64,000 nt of DNA, from the NCBI GenBank assembly GCA_051362555.1, contig CM120640.1, positions 8,804,001-8,868,000 of the forward strand, written 5' to 3'. Both the position numbers and the translations under genes were made by a program. Of the stretch, positions 43,066 to 56,515 are shown piece by piece; the stretch's first letter is position 1; every line of letters begins with the position of its first letter. Source of the stretch: Lingula anatina (Eukaryota; Animalia; Brachiopoda). The notes below the pieces were generated by a model. It was given only the letters and a program-made list of their open reading frames with translations, did no database searches and was not told where the DNA came from.

Positions 43066-46000
43066 ATGTACGCCAAATTGTTGATAGTTGTGTGTTTGGC
43101 TGCACTAGGCGCTTCACCAGTATGTTGTCAAACCAGTTCTATTGCCACAGGTATGTATTCGCTGGCCTTATCACTTGCTTATTGACTTTGGTTAAACGAT
43201 TTTAGCTAAGGCAAATAGAAAGAATTGGGTCAGAAATTACTGACAATTTGCTACCACACCCATACCGTGTCACAGCAAATTTTAGAATTGTCATTTCTAG
43301 GACTTAGTGACAAAAGCTCTGTTAGAAAAAGTGGTTGCAATGTATCGGAAGTCTTTTCTCTGATGAATGAAAAAAGCCCATGGTACATGTATATTTTTTA
43401 CAAAAAAAAAATGGTTGGTTATTTACATTTCTATTTCATCGTTTGGTCCTTAATGTACTTTAAAGAGAGAACATTGCCTTGTGCCAGCTTCATTCATTGA
43501 TACAGAAATGAAAAATTAATTATAAATTCCATTTTATAGACAAATAATGGCCGTCAAAATGATCTACTTTAATATTGGAAGCAGGACGGGCACTTTTGAA
43601 AACCGTTGTCACGAAATGCTTGGGGTGTATGTTACAAGGTGCGTTTGTATCAACTATAAGGTCCCACCACACGCAATTTCCAAACCTAATAAAACCCTTA
43701 TCAGAAATCGCTGTCCTCCAGATGCTTGTGTTACTAAACAGACCTGTCCAAATTATCTTCTCTACCAAAATGACCATTCGGACTGTTGGCAAATATACTG
43801 CTGCTAAAATGTTCAGTATCCTTTATTTATTTGTTTACTTTGCAGTGGGTGTAGCAATGGCACCTTTGAGTCACACGGTGAGGTGTACTTCAGTTATCTT
43901 AATCCGGCATGTGATAGACCAAACATAAAGATAACCGTGACATAGACGGGGCGAACTAAGGTGCTATGTTTCTATCTGTTATTTTTACAGGAAACAAAAA
44001 GCGTTAAGTCCCCCCCCCCTCCCCTGCAACAAACCTCTAGGCGTTTATCTTCATTTTCATTCTGTCTATTGGGCTCGTTTTCTTCGTTTTATTAACGAAA
44101 AAATCTTGTCGGATCGTGAGATTAACATTTAGTAAAATAGCTGTCACAAATTGCAAAATTAAAAAAAAATCCTATGGTCCATCTTTAAAACGTATGACAG
44201 GAAAACCAACATTCCTCATACACGTATTAGCATCTGTATCTTGAATGTTGATAAGTACATTAATGTAACACGAAATTAGCTAATATAGAGGTAACTGCTG
44301 TTGTAACACGTGCATTATCCGCAGGATTGTCGACATTTAGAAAATGGAACTGAACTTCCATGTTTCCAGAACTACCCGCGTGTATACTCTTAAGTACGGA
44401 AAGTAACTTTCAGGCAACTTACAGCAACCCTGGGCTCATAAAACAGGATTCAAAGCCCGTTTACTGTTTAGCTAACACTCGAAATGTCAAAAAGTTTGGA
44501 GTACCCATGCGATACTTGTTTGTTTACTCAATCTTATCCAAAGTCAATTGTTACATTTCTTGGAAAAAAGCCAATATTCTATTGCCAATTCTAGCACGCA
44601 CTCTTTTAGTAAAAAATACCAGTAACACATATAACAGCTAAAATGTTTTATTTATTTTGACTTTTTTTCTTTTGTAAAGCTGGCTTTTCAGGTAAGACAC
44701 ATAATAATCATTCATTGCACGAAAAGTACAAGTTTATCTTGGTGCAAGGTCAACTTAAGTTAATTACTTGTTACCCACTTTAAAACAGTGCAACGACGGT
44801 GGTGAACAGAGTTAGTGAGTGCTTCTAAAAGCAGTATTTTTTCTAAATTCTTGTCCTTAGCAAGCATTTACCATCATATTCAAGTCTTTATCCCTGTTAG
44901 TTGCTATCAAATATGCTAACAAAACCCAAGATCTCTTAAACTAAGTCAACAACATCAGGTTAGATAAGAGCCGTTCTTGTAAAGGTTGATTATTTGGCAT
45001 TCTTTTATTCCCTGTTCGCGATATGTAACTTCTTACACAAAAGTACAGAAAAATGATTTCTATTCAATGCACTGTACATGTAACAATTGCAGGGAGTACG
45101 TCTACACAGGATGTATCGTCGAGTGCTCTACAAACTACACAGGCCATCTCATCGCAGTCTTCCCAACCGGGAGATGCTTCGCCTGTTGACACGAGTATGA
45201 CGACTAGTTCAGAATCTTCATCAGTGCAAGCATCCACAGATATCCCTTCCTCCTCTTCCGTGGGTCAACAATCTACACATCCAATGACATCTTTGACTTC
45301 TTCTGTGACTGATAAAAGTACAATAACGATGCCTTCGTCTAATAGCGTAGGAGCCACGGCTTCTTCTTCGTCTACTACGAGTCAACTTACTACACAGACC
45401 ATGACATCTTTGGCTTCCTCAATGAGTGTTGAAACTACGCAAGCGATGCCCTCGTCTGAAAGCCCAGATCCATCTTCTTTGCCCTCTACAGCTTTATCTT
45501 CAGTGGCTTATTCAACTACAGCCCTGGTTAGTGCCAGTGAAATGCCGTCAACGTCCACATCGATGAATCCAGGCCAAAGCGAAAGTGAAAGCATGAGCAT
45601 GAGTACAAGCACTGCAGCTTCTCCGACAGCATCACAGTCTCCTACCCAAACGAAATCCACCCCTAAACCAGCAACACCAACGAAATCACCAAATAAAGAT
45701 GCCAAAGAGAAGGGGGCAATCAAAGTACAAGTCTCCAATGTAGGTTTTGTAGGTTTGCTAATTCATCTTACAGTACATTTATGTGACGTCTTGTTAACGT
45801 ATCATTAGAAATTGTAACAAATTAAGTCTCCGTGGCATCAGTATTGATCAGCTAATAAAAAAGATAAAAGCGTCCTTGTTTTCGGCTTTTATGCCTTTGC
45901 AATTTGTTAGAATATGGTCAACACGGTGATTACGAGATATACGTAATGGCATCTATTCAAAATAAAGTATTTCATTAGATTACATCCCTCATCACAAAAT

Positions 46001-47874
46001 TTTCTTTCAGTACAATGAAGAAAAGTTCAAAACAACTATAGCAAACGAAGCCGTAACCTATTGCGAGGACCCAAAAAATAATTGTAATCACACAGGCCTA
46101 ACGTAAGTGTAGAAACTAATAGAGCTCTCTCTCTCTTTATCTCTCTCTCTCGTATTGTCGTCTCATTTTTATCACTGAGCAGTTCTATCACTTTCTAACT
46201 ATGATTAACGTATGTTTACATTACAGAGCAGACAAAATTGTTATCTTGAGTGTTGTCGGAGAGGGCGCTGCTAAAACAGTGGAATTTTACATAGAGGGCT
46301 CAAGCGAAAATAATGTAGCACTGACAAGCGCACAGCTCAAAGACATGATAATAACATCAGAAAAGTTGAAAGCCGACATGGTAAGTGAGAACGTGGCTAT
46401 GATAAGGTTAATGGAAATTTTGCACGGTGCATTTTAAGTAAGCCCGTTTGGATGTAAGCATCAAATGAGTGGGCGTATGGTTACTGTGTAGCAATGACCC
46501 GCACGCAGAATTCGAGAACATTGGTTTAAACGTTTGGATAACTGCTTGTAATTTAGAAGTTTTGATCATAACTAGTGCCTTTTTTACAAGCAATTTTCAT
46601 CTTAGATCGTATTTATTACCTTTCCCTTTATTGTTTTAGAAAAAAAGGATAGTTTATGTTATGTGTGACCGTGCATATGTAAATCCTTTAACAGTGGTCG
46701 CTAATCAAGTTGAGCTGTTTAATTACTTGCGGGTAGTGAGAGTGAAGGTATTGGGAATCATTAAATGCAAATAAAAAAAAGTGAATGTGTACGTATGAAT
46801 ATTGAGAATAGGCCTACGACAGATAAAATTTGAATCAAACACAAATTTTAGATATCAGTGCTGCCTGCTCCAACCCCAACAGAGGCCGCGGCACCATTAG
46901 AAGGATGGGTTATAGCTGTAATTGCTACGGGAGCGTTCCTCCTGGTCCTTATAAGCATCACGGTCATCAAAGCCCTCAGAGAAAGAAATTCAAAGTAAGG
47001 AAAGTATTTCTGTGAGGTTTTTGATGTCTTAAAACTTGCATCAGTTAAGTAGATATAAATATTAATCATTTGCCGAGATCATATATCCAAAATTAAAAAA
47101 AAAACAAAAAAACATTGCTCGCATGCTCTTGAAAAGTTGCTCAACTGTACCAAAAAAGTAAACGCAAGGCGAATTTACTGTAAGCGATTTTAAGTATCTA
47201 AACGAAGTAGTAACGTAACCTAACGAATCTAACAAATCTACACATGTTTGCTGGTCATTTCTTTTTATTTTTGCTTGACATTAATATCAATAAAAGTGTT
47301 AATGTTTCAGATAAAAACCCTTGACATTGACACTAATCGGTATATTTCTATTCTATTTCTAATGTATCTAGAAAAAAGGAGGGCTTTCATATGGCAAGCT
47401 TTGAGATTGGACCCTCGGAGCTGCCTCAGAATGGTATGCAGGGCCCGGATGTGGACGAGAGGGGCACCGAGGCACACCACTACACCAACACAAGCACGTT
47501 CAGCGAGGGTAGGGTGAATGACGGGCAATCAGCGTCTACTGTGAATGAAGTGAATGATTCAAAGACCAATGAGTGAGTTGAAGATTTTTCAGCGTTAAAA
47601 TGGTAATTTTAATTAGCTTAAAAATAATATAAGGACACAAACAGCAATTTTCAAAATCTTCTTGTGTTTCATTTTTCATTTGTTAAGATGGCCCCAAATC
47701 ACGGGTGTGCATGTGTTGAACCACATTGAATTTTTAGAAATATTTTTAAAATGTTATTTAAAGTTTTTGCCTCCATTACGACATTTTCAGCATCATGATC
47801 TGCCTTTCTTTTCCAGTGCCCATCCTGGAGGAATTGACAACATAGGATACAGCGAAGTACGCACGTCGTTGTAA
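43066..47874 (+). CDS. Type I membrane Ser/Thr-rich mucin-like protein (CD34/podocalyxin-like architecture), ~459 aa
   Basis: Exons 43066-43150 (signal peptide MYAKLLIVVCLAALGASPVCC), 45093-45739 (S/T-rich), 46011-46102 and 46227-46380 (globular segment with 2 Cys), 46852-46994 (TM WVIAVIATGAFLLVLISITVI followed by basic KALRERNSKKK), 47372-47572, 47817-47874 (ends GIDNIGYSEVRTSL*). Total 1380 nt, in frame. Confidence 0.8.
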
Positions 47875-49905
47875 ACATGATGAATCAACACAGGGGATTA
47901 CTGTTCTTTTGCATTTAATTTAGTAAACCAGGAGGAAAGAATTTGAAAATTTTCTGAAATCCGTTTTGGTGTCATAAATCCTGCTGGTAAGGGAACTGAT
48001 TCAAAAACGGATAACTTTGTATAATGACTCAATTCTTTAGATGAAATTTGTTAAATACGCATTGTATTGAAAACTCACAATATTTGTGGAATGATAGATA
48101 TTGACACATGTATATAGGAAGTATTTAAAATTACCGTAAAAATACCACATTTCCGTAAAGTGAACGCCTCTAATAGCAGGCCTATTTTACCTTACAAAGC
48201 AAATACCATTTTCTGTATACTCATACATTAAATTTTTATGTATTGTCAACCGATGCAATGTATTTGTAGACAATATACACTGTATATACGTGCAGTCATG
48301 TGTATTTAAACTGTATGTGCTGTATGCAACCTCTTATTCAATGCGCATCAAACACCAGTTTGTTTGTTGATCGGTTGACAAATACTGCTTTTGAGCACCA
48401 TACATCTGCTATTCTTTACGAATCACAATGCCAAAGTGTCACGTTTGAATTGCACGGACTTAAGATATTTAAAAAACACTGCAAGAAATCCACATTTTGC
48501 ACGCGTTATATTAATTGCTCAAGTAAGCCCGTTTGTTATCACATAAACTTATGTCTCTATACAGATAACAGCGAGTAGAAATAATTATAAATTCAATAAG
48601 TCAATTTTATAGCGCATGATTTATTATTATTTTAATCGATATTTTGAATAAGTGCGTATTTACAGAGTTGACTTGTAATTGGGATGCAGATATATTATTT
48701 CATTGTCTTAATTGATTTGTTCAACATCACATAACTTTCAGTTTATTTAGAATAAAACTCGAAACCCAAAGGAAACGTATGGATCTTTTGTACAAACACC
48801 TTATTTAATAATACAACATGTACAGAAATTTACTTTATAATTTTATATCAATATTTTAAAGTTTTTGTTCCGTAAAAATTAGTTTCAAGCATGTTATGTT
48901 CATTTTGTCATGTTTTTCTATTTCTAGTTGTTAATAAAGAAAGGAATTCAGGGAAATAAATTTGAAAGAATCTGTACATTTCATCTTTTTAAAAAACAGC
49001 ATAGGCCGCCAATTTAACATCGGACTCTAAAAAAGGCAACGTATTACCTGAAGAAAAAAGGCATAATTTTGATCGAGAGAGGGCGTAATGCGTCACCAGT
49101 TTAAGGTAACATTTATTCAAATCTTCCACCGGGTCAGATGATAAAAAATCTCATTATAGTAAGTTATTTTTGTCATACACCTTTATTTCTATTAAAACAA
49201 GCAAAAACGATTACAAAACTTCATCCACGACACTCTAGTCATTTTAAATCGTTTTTTTTTTCTTTCAACTGTAGGCAATGAAAAAAATCCCTGTGTACAA
49301 ACACGTGTAAAACAGGAATAAAAAGAGAAGCTATTTGCAAGAAAAGGTATGCTCAAGTACGACTACCACCCACTGACCGCCCATGATACTGCCGAATTAT
49401 TTATACATTCATTACACTTTATATATTAAATTAGGCATTAAACTGTCAATCAAAGTATATTATACAAAGCACCATATGTTAATCCTTCATTCAAGCAAAC
49501 TGCAATTTCAGGTCTCCAACCCTTGATTAAAATTCCATTATGCTAATATACATGTAAAATATACTTCAGAAATAGGTTTCTTTCCGAGATTTTAAAACTG
49601 GTATAAAAGTAAAATAATATTAGTAATGATAAAATACAAATCATCAAGTTTGTAATGTAAAAAACCCCGATTAACAACACAAGAAAACATAAGAAAATAA
49701 TTAGCGCTAAAATACAGAGAAACAGCAAAAAGGGTAAAAACCTCTTACTGCATTTATTTAAAGTCACGGAAATATTCTATAGGGTCCCACAGGGCGTCCT
49801 TAGGAAATGAACCCAGTATATTTTGGGTCCAAAAGGACGCATGTCCTACATAGGAATCCTATAAAGGACGTTCGATAAAATTCCTATAGTGTCCCATGGA
49901 GTCCT

Positions 49906-50717
49906 CAGGCCTTATAAACGATAATTGCCGTTTTCGAGCACGAGCCTCAGCTAGATTCCCTAGCGCAAACACCAATATTAACGAGCCCCACCTCAGATTA
50001 ACAAGCACAACGTAAAGTTAGCGAGCAGAAACTTAGCGTTTCCAAGCACTATCAATTTGTTCAGCTTCCATAGGGCTCCCCGGGCTGCTTACATAGGCCT
50101 ACGGGTTCTTTTTATCAACCCAGGACTATTTTCAAGATGGCGGAAGATACAAGAGACATAACGGTGGAAATTTCAGAGATTTCTGGGTGCAAACGAGTAA
50201 TATTATCTCCCCTTTCTGTCTCTTTGACGAAAGAGAGGTTTTTTAACGTCCACGCCACGGCCAAATAAAGTGGCTAGATCATTACTAACAGATGTCAGAT
50301 TACGCTAATAATAAATAGGATGCAAGTAAAAATGATTCATCGACTATTTTCACCGACTCAGAAATATCTGTTTCCGTGTATCAATATTTTAACTTGAGCA
50401 AAATAAATTCTCAAAACAAACCAAACTACTGCATTAGTCTATTCCACTATCCATACCTCGTATTACTACAGCAGCAATGCGTTCTCGACAACCTTCGGCT
50501 CATACGGAACATACCGAACGGGTAGATAAGCGGATCAACGACTAGTGCTTGGAAACGCTAAGTCAGTGCTCGTTAACTTAACCAAGGAGTTATTCTGTTA
50601 TAACTCCTTGACTTAACGTTGTGCTTGTTAATCTGAGGTGGGGCTCGTTAATATTGGCGTTTGCCCTCGGGAATCTGAGGCTCATGCTAGGAAACGCCTA
50701 ATCCGTTTATGAGGCCT
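49906..50717. mobile_element. ~810-bp long-TIR element with CAGG..CCTG ends and 5-bp TSD
   Basis: ~145-bp arms (AATATTAACGAGCCCCACCTCAGATTAACAAGCACAACG and its reverse complement); TSD GTCCT. Confidence 0.85.
50583..50610. mobile_element. 28-bp palindromic micro-insertion with 7-bp TSD
   Basis: ACTTAAC [CAAGGAGTTATTCTGTTATAACTCCTTG] ACTTAAC; absent from the opposite TIR arm of the host element. Confidence 0.8.
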
Positions 50718-50936
50718 GGTCCTGTAGGGTTCCTACAGATTTCAAAAGGGAGTCATTTTCGTAAGGGAAGATTTACACATAACTACCAAAGTTCCTAGGA
50801 TGTAATAAAAAAAGAAATATGGATAAGATTCTATCAAAACATTGGCATAATTGAAACTGGTGTACTTTTCTTGTTATTGGCTAGTAAAAATAAATAAAAT
50901 AAATAAACAAGATTTACAATAGGCCTATATAGTATA

Positions 50937-53900
50937 CTATACATATTGTTCGACCGTTGTGCGTTGTTCTAAATCGTGTTCTTCGGAACCCTTCTTTCTT
51001 TGGCCTGACCTTGGGACACGGCAGCTGCCTCGGTGATAGATGAAGGCAATCACCAAGTCCATCGCAAACTCAAAGAACTCTCCGGCAGTAAACACTGACG
51101 CACCTATGTAGAAGCCAGCCAAACCCCCAACGTCTGCAAAGAGGTTAGCAGCCTGGAAAAACAAAGGCTCTTCGAGTACATGTATGCGGCTCTGAAGAGA
51201 CAGTATTTTTTGGAAACGTGGGAAATCAGTAATCAAATAGTCCATAAGGTCTGGCTGAAAAATTCGCTTAGAAATGGACATGGTGTTCCATTTTTGCGAG
51301 TGTAAAATATTTTTAGTGTTATAAATTCCAAGTGCCCCAATGCAATTACTTTTGGGTCCGCTAACTTTTATTTATACTCCTTGCCATTATGCCATGATTT
51401 GAACATTTAGACTGGAATTTTTTTCCTATCAATGTGGTGAGTTGACCAGCCAATAGGAGCATTCAGATTGACAACTATTCTCTTGTGAACTTGACCGTTA
51501 CTATCAGAGGAAAGACAGAAGAGCGCGAGTGAGAACTGCTGACCAACCAAGCCAAGTCCCTTCAAAAAACGCCAAGGTCAAATAAGCCTTATTACCGGCA
51601 ATATAGGTCTCCCCATTGGTTAGAAATGATAAATTGTTCCGAAGGGACAAAGAGTAATGCCTTTTATCGACGACTAAAATTTGGCACATTGAATGTGGTT
51701 ATCGGTGTTCAATATTTATTAATTTTTACCTCTTTTAGAAAAACCTGTAAACAGAAATTACTATCGAGAAAATGGAAATGGTTTGAAACGATATCAAGGG
51801 ACACCTCATAGACTATAAAATGATAGGTTACATACCAAATATGACGGGTGTTCTTCGATTTTCATCACATTAATGTCACTGATATATATTTCCAGCTTGA
51901 GCAAATTTTCACTGAAATAAAGAAAACTGCCTTAAAAAACGCACGTTAAGTGAACTGTGAGCCACACTGTGATACTAAACTTTATTTATTTATTTTGTAA
52001 TTACGGTTATTAAAAAGAATACAGAAATTTATGAAAACAAACTGCAAGACGTTATGATCATACTCACGCCGGACTTAGGGTTGAGTTATAGGCGGAGAGC
52101 ACTTCTTTTCTCAGAAATGCCTGAAGCAGAAATTCATTTTATCGTTCCACGTACTTGCCAAAACCGGACTTATTACAAAAGAAGGTAGTTCAATGTTGAC
52201 TGATTTTCCAGTTTAAGTAAGTCTAACCAATTCAAATTGAAAACTGACACCATTTTTATAATCTATTATCACTCACCGATTCGCGGTAACTCTGAGAGGG
52301 CCATGTCGCCGATGAGACAGTAAGATGGTATAGATTTTCACTACAAAATGAAAAAACATAAATATTAAATCAAGGTTGTTGCTACCCAATCCCTTAAGCG
52401 CCTATTGGTTAAAAATGAAAATCTTTCCTTACCTGCAGCGCTGCGGACACGAACACGCGTCATAAGATCTGCTGGCAAGTTGCTGGTGCATCCTCTGAGT
52501 GCATTCGTCTGAAAATGCAGTTAATTGCTAAAAAATTTAAGCCCAGATGAATCTTACCTATTAAAGCTTAAGCTGAATTTCCCCTTACATTTTTGATGAA
52601 AAATATCATTGGCTTAAAGGTATATATCTCCAACTTTGGCATACTTGCAATTTTTGACATTTGCTTTATGTAAACAATAATAATAACGGGAAGATAAATG
52701 CCCAGGTCAAGCAGTGATATGGAAGGAGTTAAATAGAAGTAAAATACATGTTTGTATAGAAATATGGCACGTTCATCTCACGCTCATTTCACTCAGCAAT
52801 TCATACAAAGAAACCAAAAACTTTAAATGGGAAGGTTAAGGGGCGGTGTGCGTATTCCTGGCGTCCTCCAGCCCTTTAATTGTTATTTCTTACCACGAGT
52901 TTCAGAGTTGTTATTGGAGGACTGGGTTTCCAGTACACTGTGAAACTAACAGTTTTTTCTGGAACAGCCGTTTAATTCTACTTACAATCAGTTGAATTAG
53001 TGTTTATGGCACACAGCCTGGTCTTATTGGGGTTGGGGCAATTCATCAGACTGCATCCACACTCCTCAATGGTAACAGTTTGAACACAACTTTTCATACA
53101 AGCCTAAAAGAAACAATACGTTTCCTCATAATGAGGAATCCAAAAAATAATACATTACTCGACAGCAGTGTATCTGAGTGTATCACTGGGAAGCAGGGGG
53201 GATCAAGGATTATTATTTTTTTTTTTTTGGGGGGGGGGGGCGGAACGACAGGCATCGGATGCAAAGCTGACCATCGCCCCCTTGGTGTGGGTGGGGTTCG
53301 GAGCCTGCTCAAAGGCCCCGAAAATTTTTTGGTGATTAGGAGAGCAAACAGTACCCTTTATTACGGTTTAGAACTATGATTTAGCTATTAAAAATTTTTA
53401 ATTTCAAGAGGGGAATATTGGTGTGACATATTTTCCAGAAACCGAAGGGGGGGGTCAGAAACCCCCTGACCCCCCTCTAAATCCGCCACTGGAAAGCAAC
53501 ATAGTTGCCTGCCGAAAACCTAACGCACTAATAGCTATCTATCACTGTTTTTAATTAAGATGATCTCAGCACTTGGTAAACCCACATACGTGAACGGTGT
53601 AGTTATACCCAGACCCTGCCGTCGTGTCTCCTGTGTATAAGGTTGGAAAACCATTGGTACAGTTACTCTTGTATGGCGGGCCCAACCTACTGATTTCAAC
53701 CTGGAAGGCGAAAAAGTCTATATATACATGTATTTATATATAGGAAGTGAAGGAAATGAGTGTGAGGAAATGTGCTAGTATTTTTGCGTGTGTGTGTGTG
53801 TGTGTGTGTGTGTGCGTTTGTCGGGCGTATGAGTGTACAATGACTGAACAGAGTCTTGGATATCAATAGGCAATAAATACTTTTATACTAGTATACTACC

Positions 53901-56515
53901 ATGGACATTCCAACTGCTGAATAGAATCCCGGAGACACACTTAGACCATTATCCTCTGGAAATGGCACACTTTTGTGGTCCGTTATCACCACTCGGACTC
54001 CTGCCTCCGCGATCACCGGCAAGTACTCCTCTTGTTGGATATTGAGCTCTACTGTCAAACCTACAATTTACATAGGGCCATATTTAAGTTTTATGGGAAA
54101 TGTACAAGTCAGATAGGCCTACATGTATCTGTAATTGAATAGTATTGTCTCGTAATGTCGAAAACCATCAAACATATTGAACGATGAATAGAGCTATTAA
54201 ATTTGGCACATGTACATGGCTTCTCTGAGGCATAAGTTATATCTTTTGAATAAAGAATTGTTTCCGTTGCGTTTTTATCCTGCTTTTGTGATTGCTCGTC
54301 TGAGTTAACGAAAGTACTTTTATGCACTTATCAAAATCGTGTTTCTCTTTGAAAAGTAGCTGCATCTATTGTACATCTGTTTACTTAATGTCTTATATAT
54401 CCTCGGCATTGGTTTATATTAGATGGCATAGTTTAGTTCGTTACACTTTAGACCACTGAGTTCTGTCAATTAATGTACTTAAATATCCATTCCATTGAAC
54501 TAAAATTAGAGGAGAAAAAGACAATCTATAAGTACGTTGGTACCAGTACATGTTATTTGCCCGATTTGTTTGCAAATGTTCCAGTGAGTACTCAGTTTTA
54601 TTGAAGTGATTCACTGGATTATCCAAATAAGTCGAAGTAATCATATTACTAATAAGAATGGTATTACATTACCGTGTGAATGGCCAGGCTTGTGGATTTG
54701 TGACGCAAGAGGCTTGATCGTGTAGCAATTGCCATATTTAGAGTTGAACAAAAGTGTAAAATTCCTAAAATATAAAACAAAAATCAAAGACCATGCTTTT
54801 TCAAGCAAACACTTTCATTGGTTTCTTAAAACAGTCAAATGTTAACATTGGTGCATATTTTATGATTTGCTTTTCTGTTGGTTCCAGGCATACTTGTTTA
54901 ATTAGTTTTTGCCACTCATTGCACTCTTTTTATTGATTGGATTTTCTCTTAAAACAAACTTAATGAACTTAATCCAGACAAGCGACCACTTTGCATGGTT
55001 TTAGAAAGATTAAATACTTTGTCAGGTGTTTAACCTAAAACACACTTCATCATAAAGGTAAACAATCTCCGCAAACCACTGAATACACGACAATCCCCAC
55101 CTCAAAGTACCGAGTGACAATTGTTTCAATATCTGCATATGTGCATAAGGCACCTATTTAAGCAGACTAATGGAACAATTTTTGTAAAGAAATGACAAAC
55201 ACAGCAGGACTAAGTTAAAAGCACTGATAGAAACAGTTAATGGACAATATATACATGCACGTACAGGACTGTTTGTGTTAGATATACTCCACTATCATTC
55301 CCTGCTACATTACCCAGACATTTATTTCGATCGATTACCTTTTTGAAATCTTTTAGCATGGGATTAATTTTCACAACTTTAGCTGGACTGTAGTGCTTTT
55401 GAATCAACCTGTGTTTATATCACTAACGGCAGCCTTCTAATTATTAATAATATATTAACTGTGACTGGACAGACAAGAGAGCCTAGAAACATTACAAGAC
55501 AGTGACTTTTAAACATGGCTAACACTAATAATGACTGATGAGTTGTGAAATACATCTATCGATAAAAATACATCGAGTGTGCGTAAAGTGTTACTAAACG
55601 TAAATGACATGGCTGTATACATTGGAACCATATTGTTAACCTAGTGAGCTATAATACTGATAATTAACTTCTTCTTTTAAAAATTGTTTTGTTTTGTTTT
55701 GTAGTTTGTGTAGAATAAAGCGCAATTACCGTGACGCACTGGTCAGGGAAAGTCTTGAAAATACTGTATTTTTGAAATAATTTAGACTTATATCCGAGCC
55801 CATCGCTTACAAATAGGTAATAAAAACAATCCTTACTCTGGTGCACACGTCTGTCCATGCAAAGTGCACCCTAACAGCATATCTTCTATGCGGTGTCCAA
55901 GACGAGCCTTGGTACTGTCGTCAAACTGTAGCCAAGACCACATCAACTCGTTTGCCAGAATCTCTTTCGGTTCTGTTGCGTTTTCACCCTTGCCATATAG
56001 TTGGGCCAAAAGATTGCCTAGCCGGCCGCCAGTTTTTGCTTCCTGTCGTAGAACAGAAGTCCGTACTGGATTTAAGTTACAAAGTGTGACAGCAGGGTAC
56101 TGTAATTCAACAGCATATTCCATATAGGTACTCACAGCGTACGGGTTGGTCAGAAACTGTACGGCTATCTTCTCCAGTTGGAAGATCAGTCCTACAAGGC
56201 ACATGATTGCGCTTAACAGCCAAAATACCTTCCGGTAGGAGGAGTGAGAACGCACAACATGCGGGAGACCATGAGCGGTGGTCCATTTTAGGAAATTGAT
56301 CCAAACCTTATATGGTGTTCTGATTTTTTTTACACCTTTCAGTGCTACCATATTTGGTTCGTAATGTTTATCAGAATATATAATAAACCAGTTATTAGAA
56401 TTGCTGACTTTCGTGAAATCTGCACATAGGCTACGCACCCTATCAGCCCTAGGACTACATACCATCCCACCAGTTGTAGACTTGTATATGCCCCTGCACA
56501 TCAATCTATCATCCA
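50937..56515 (-). CDS. DEG/ENaC (amiloride-sensitive, ASIC/FaNaC/ENaC superfamily) channel subunit, ~493 aa from the ATG at 56351; 5' end uncertain
   Basis: Minus-strand exons 56515(acceptor; in-frame ATG at 56351)-55837, 54764-54673, 54060-53900, 53700-53590, 53103-52986, 52508-52433, 52340-52277, 52120-52068, 51911-51836, 51152-50937. Motifs: pre-TM1 TTAHG, TM1, YPAVTLCNLNP, YGNCYT, GLTVELNI..AGVRVVI..PFP, Cys-rich thumb (CMKSC..CGC..CSCPQRC), TM2 LFADVGGLAGFYIGASVFT with GAS filter. Confidence 0.93.
53194..53491. mobile_element. Poly-G/C CAG..CTG MITE
   Basis: CAGGGGGGATCAAGG..CTAAATCCGCCACTG; flanks GGAAG / GAAAG; shares AATTTCAAGAGGGGA..ATTGGTGTGA with 62566-62874. Confidence 0.75.
53788..53813. 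repeat. (TG)n microsatellite
   Basis: TG run. Confidence 0.93.

Noticed and set aside
43520-43928. Overlapping ORFs in the first intron of the mucin gene
   Set aside because: No domain similarity or convincing phase-compatible exon; the gene model is in frame without them.
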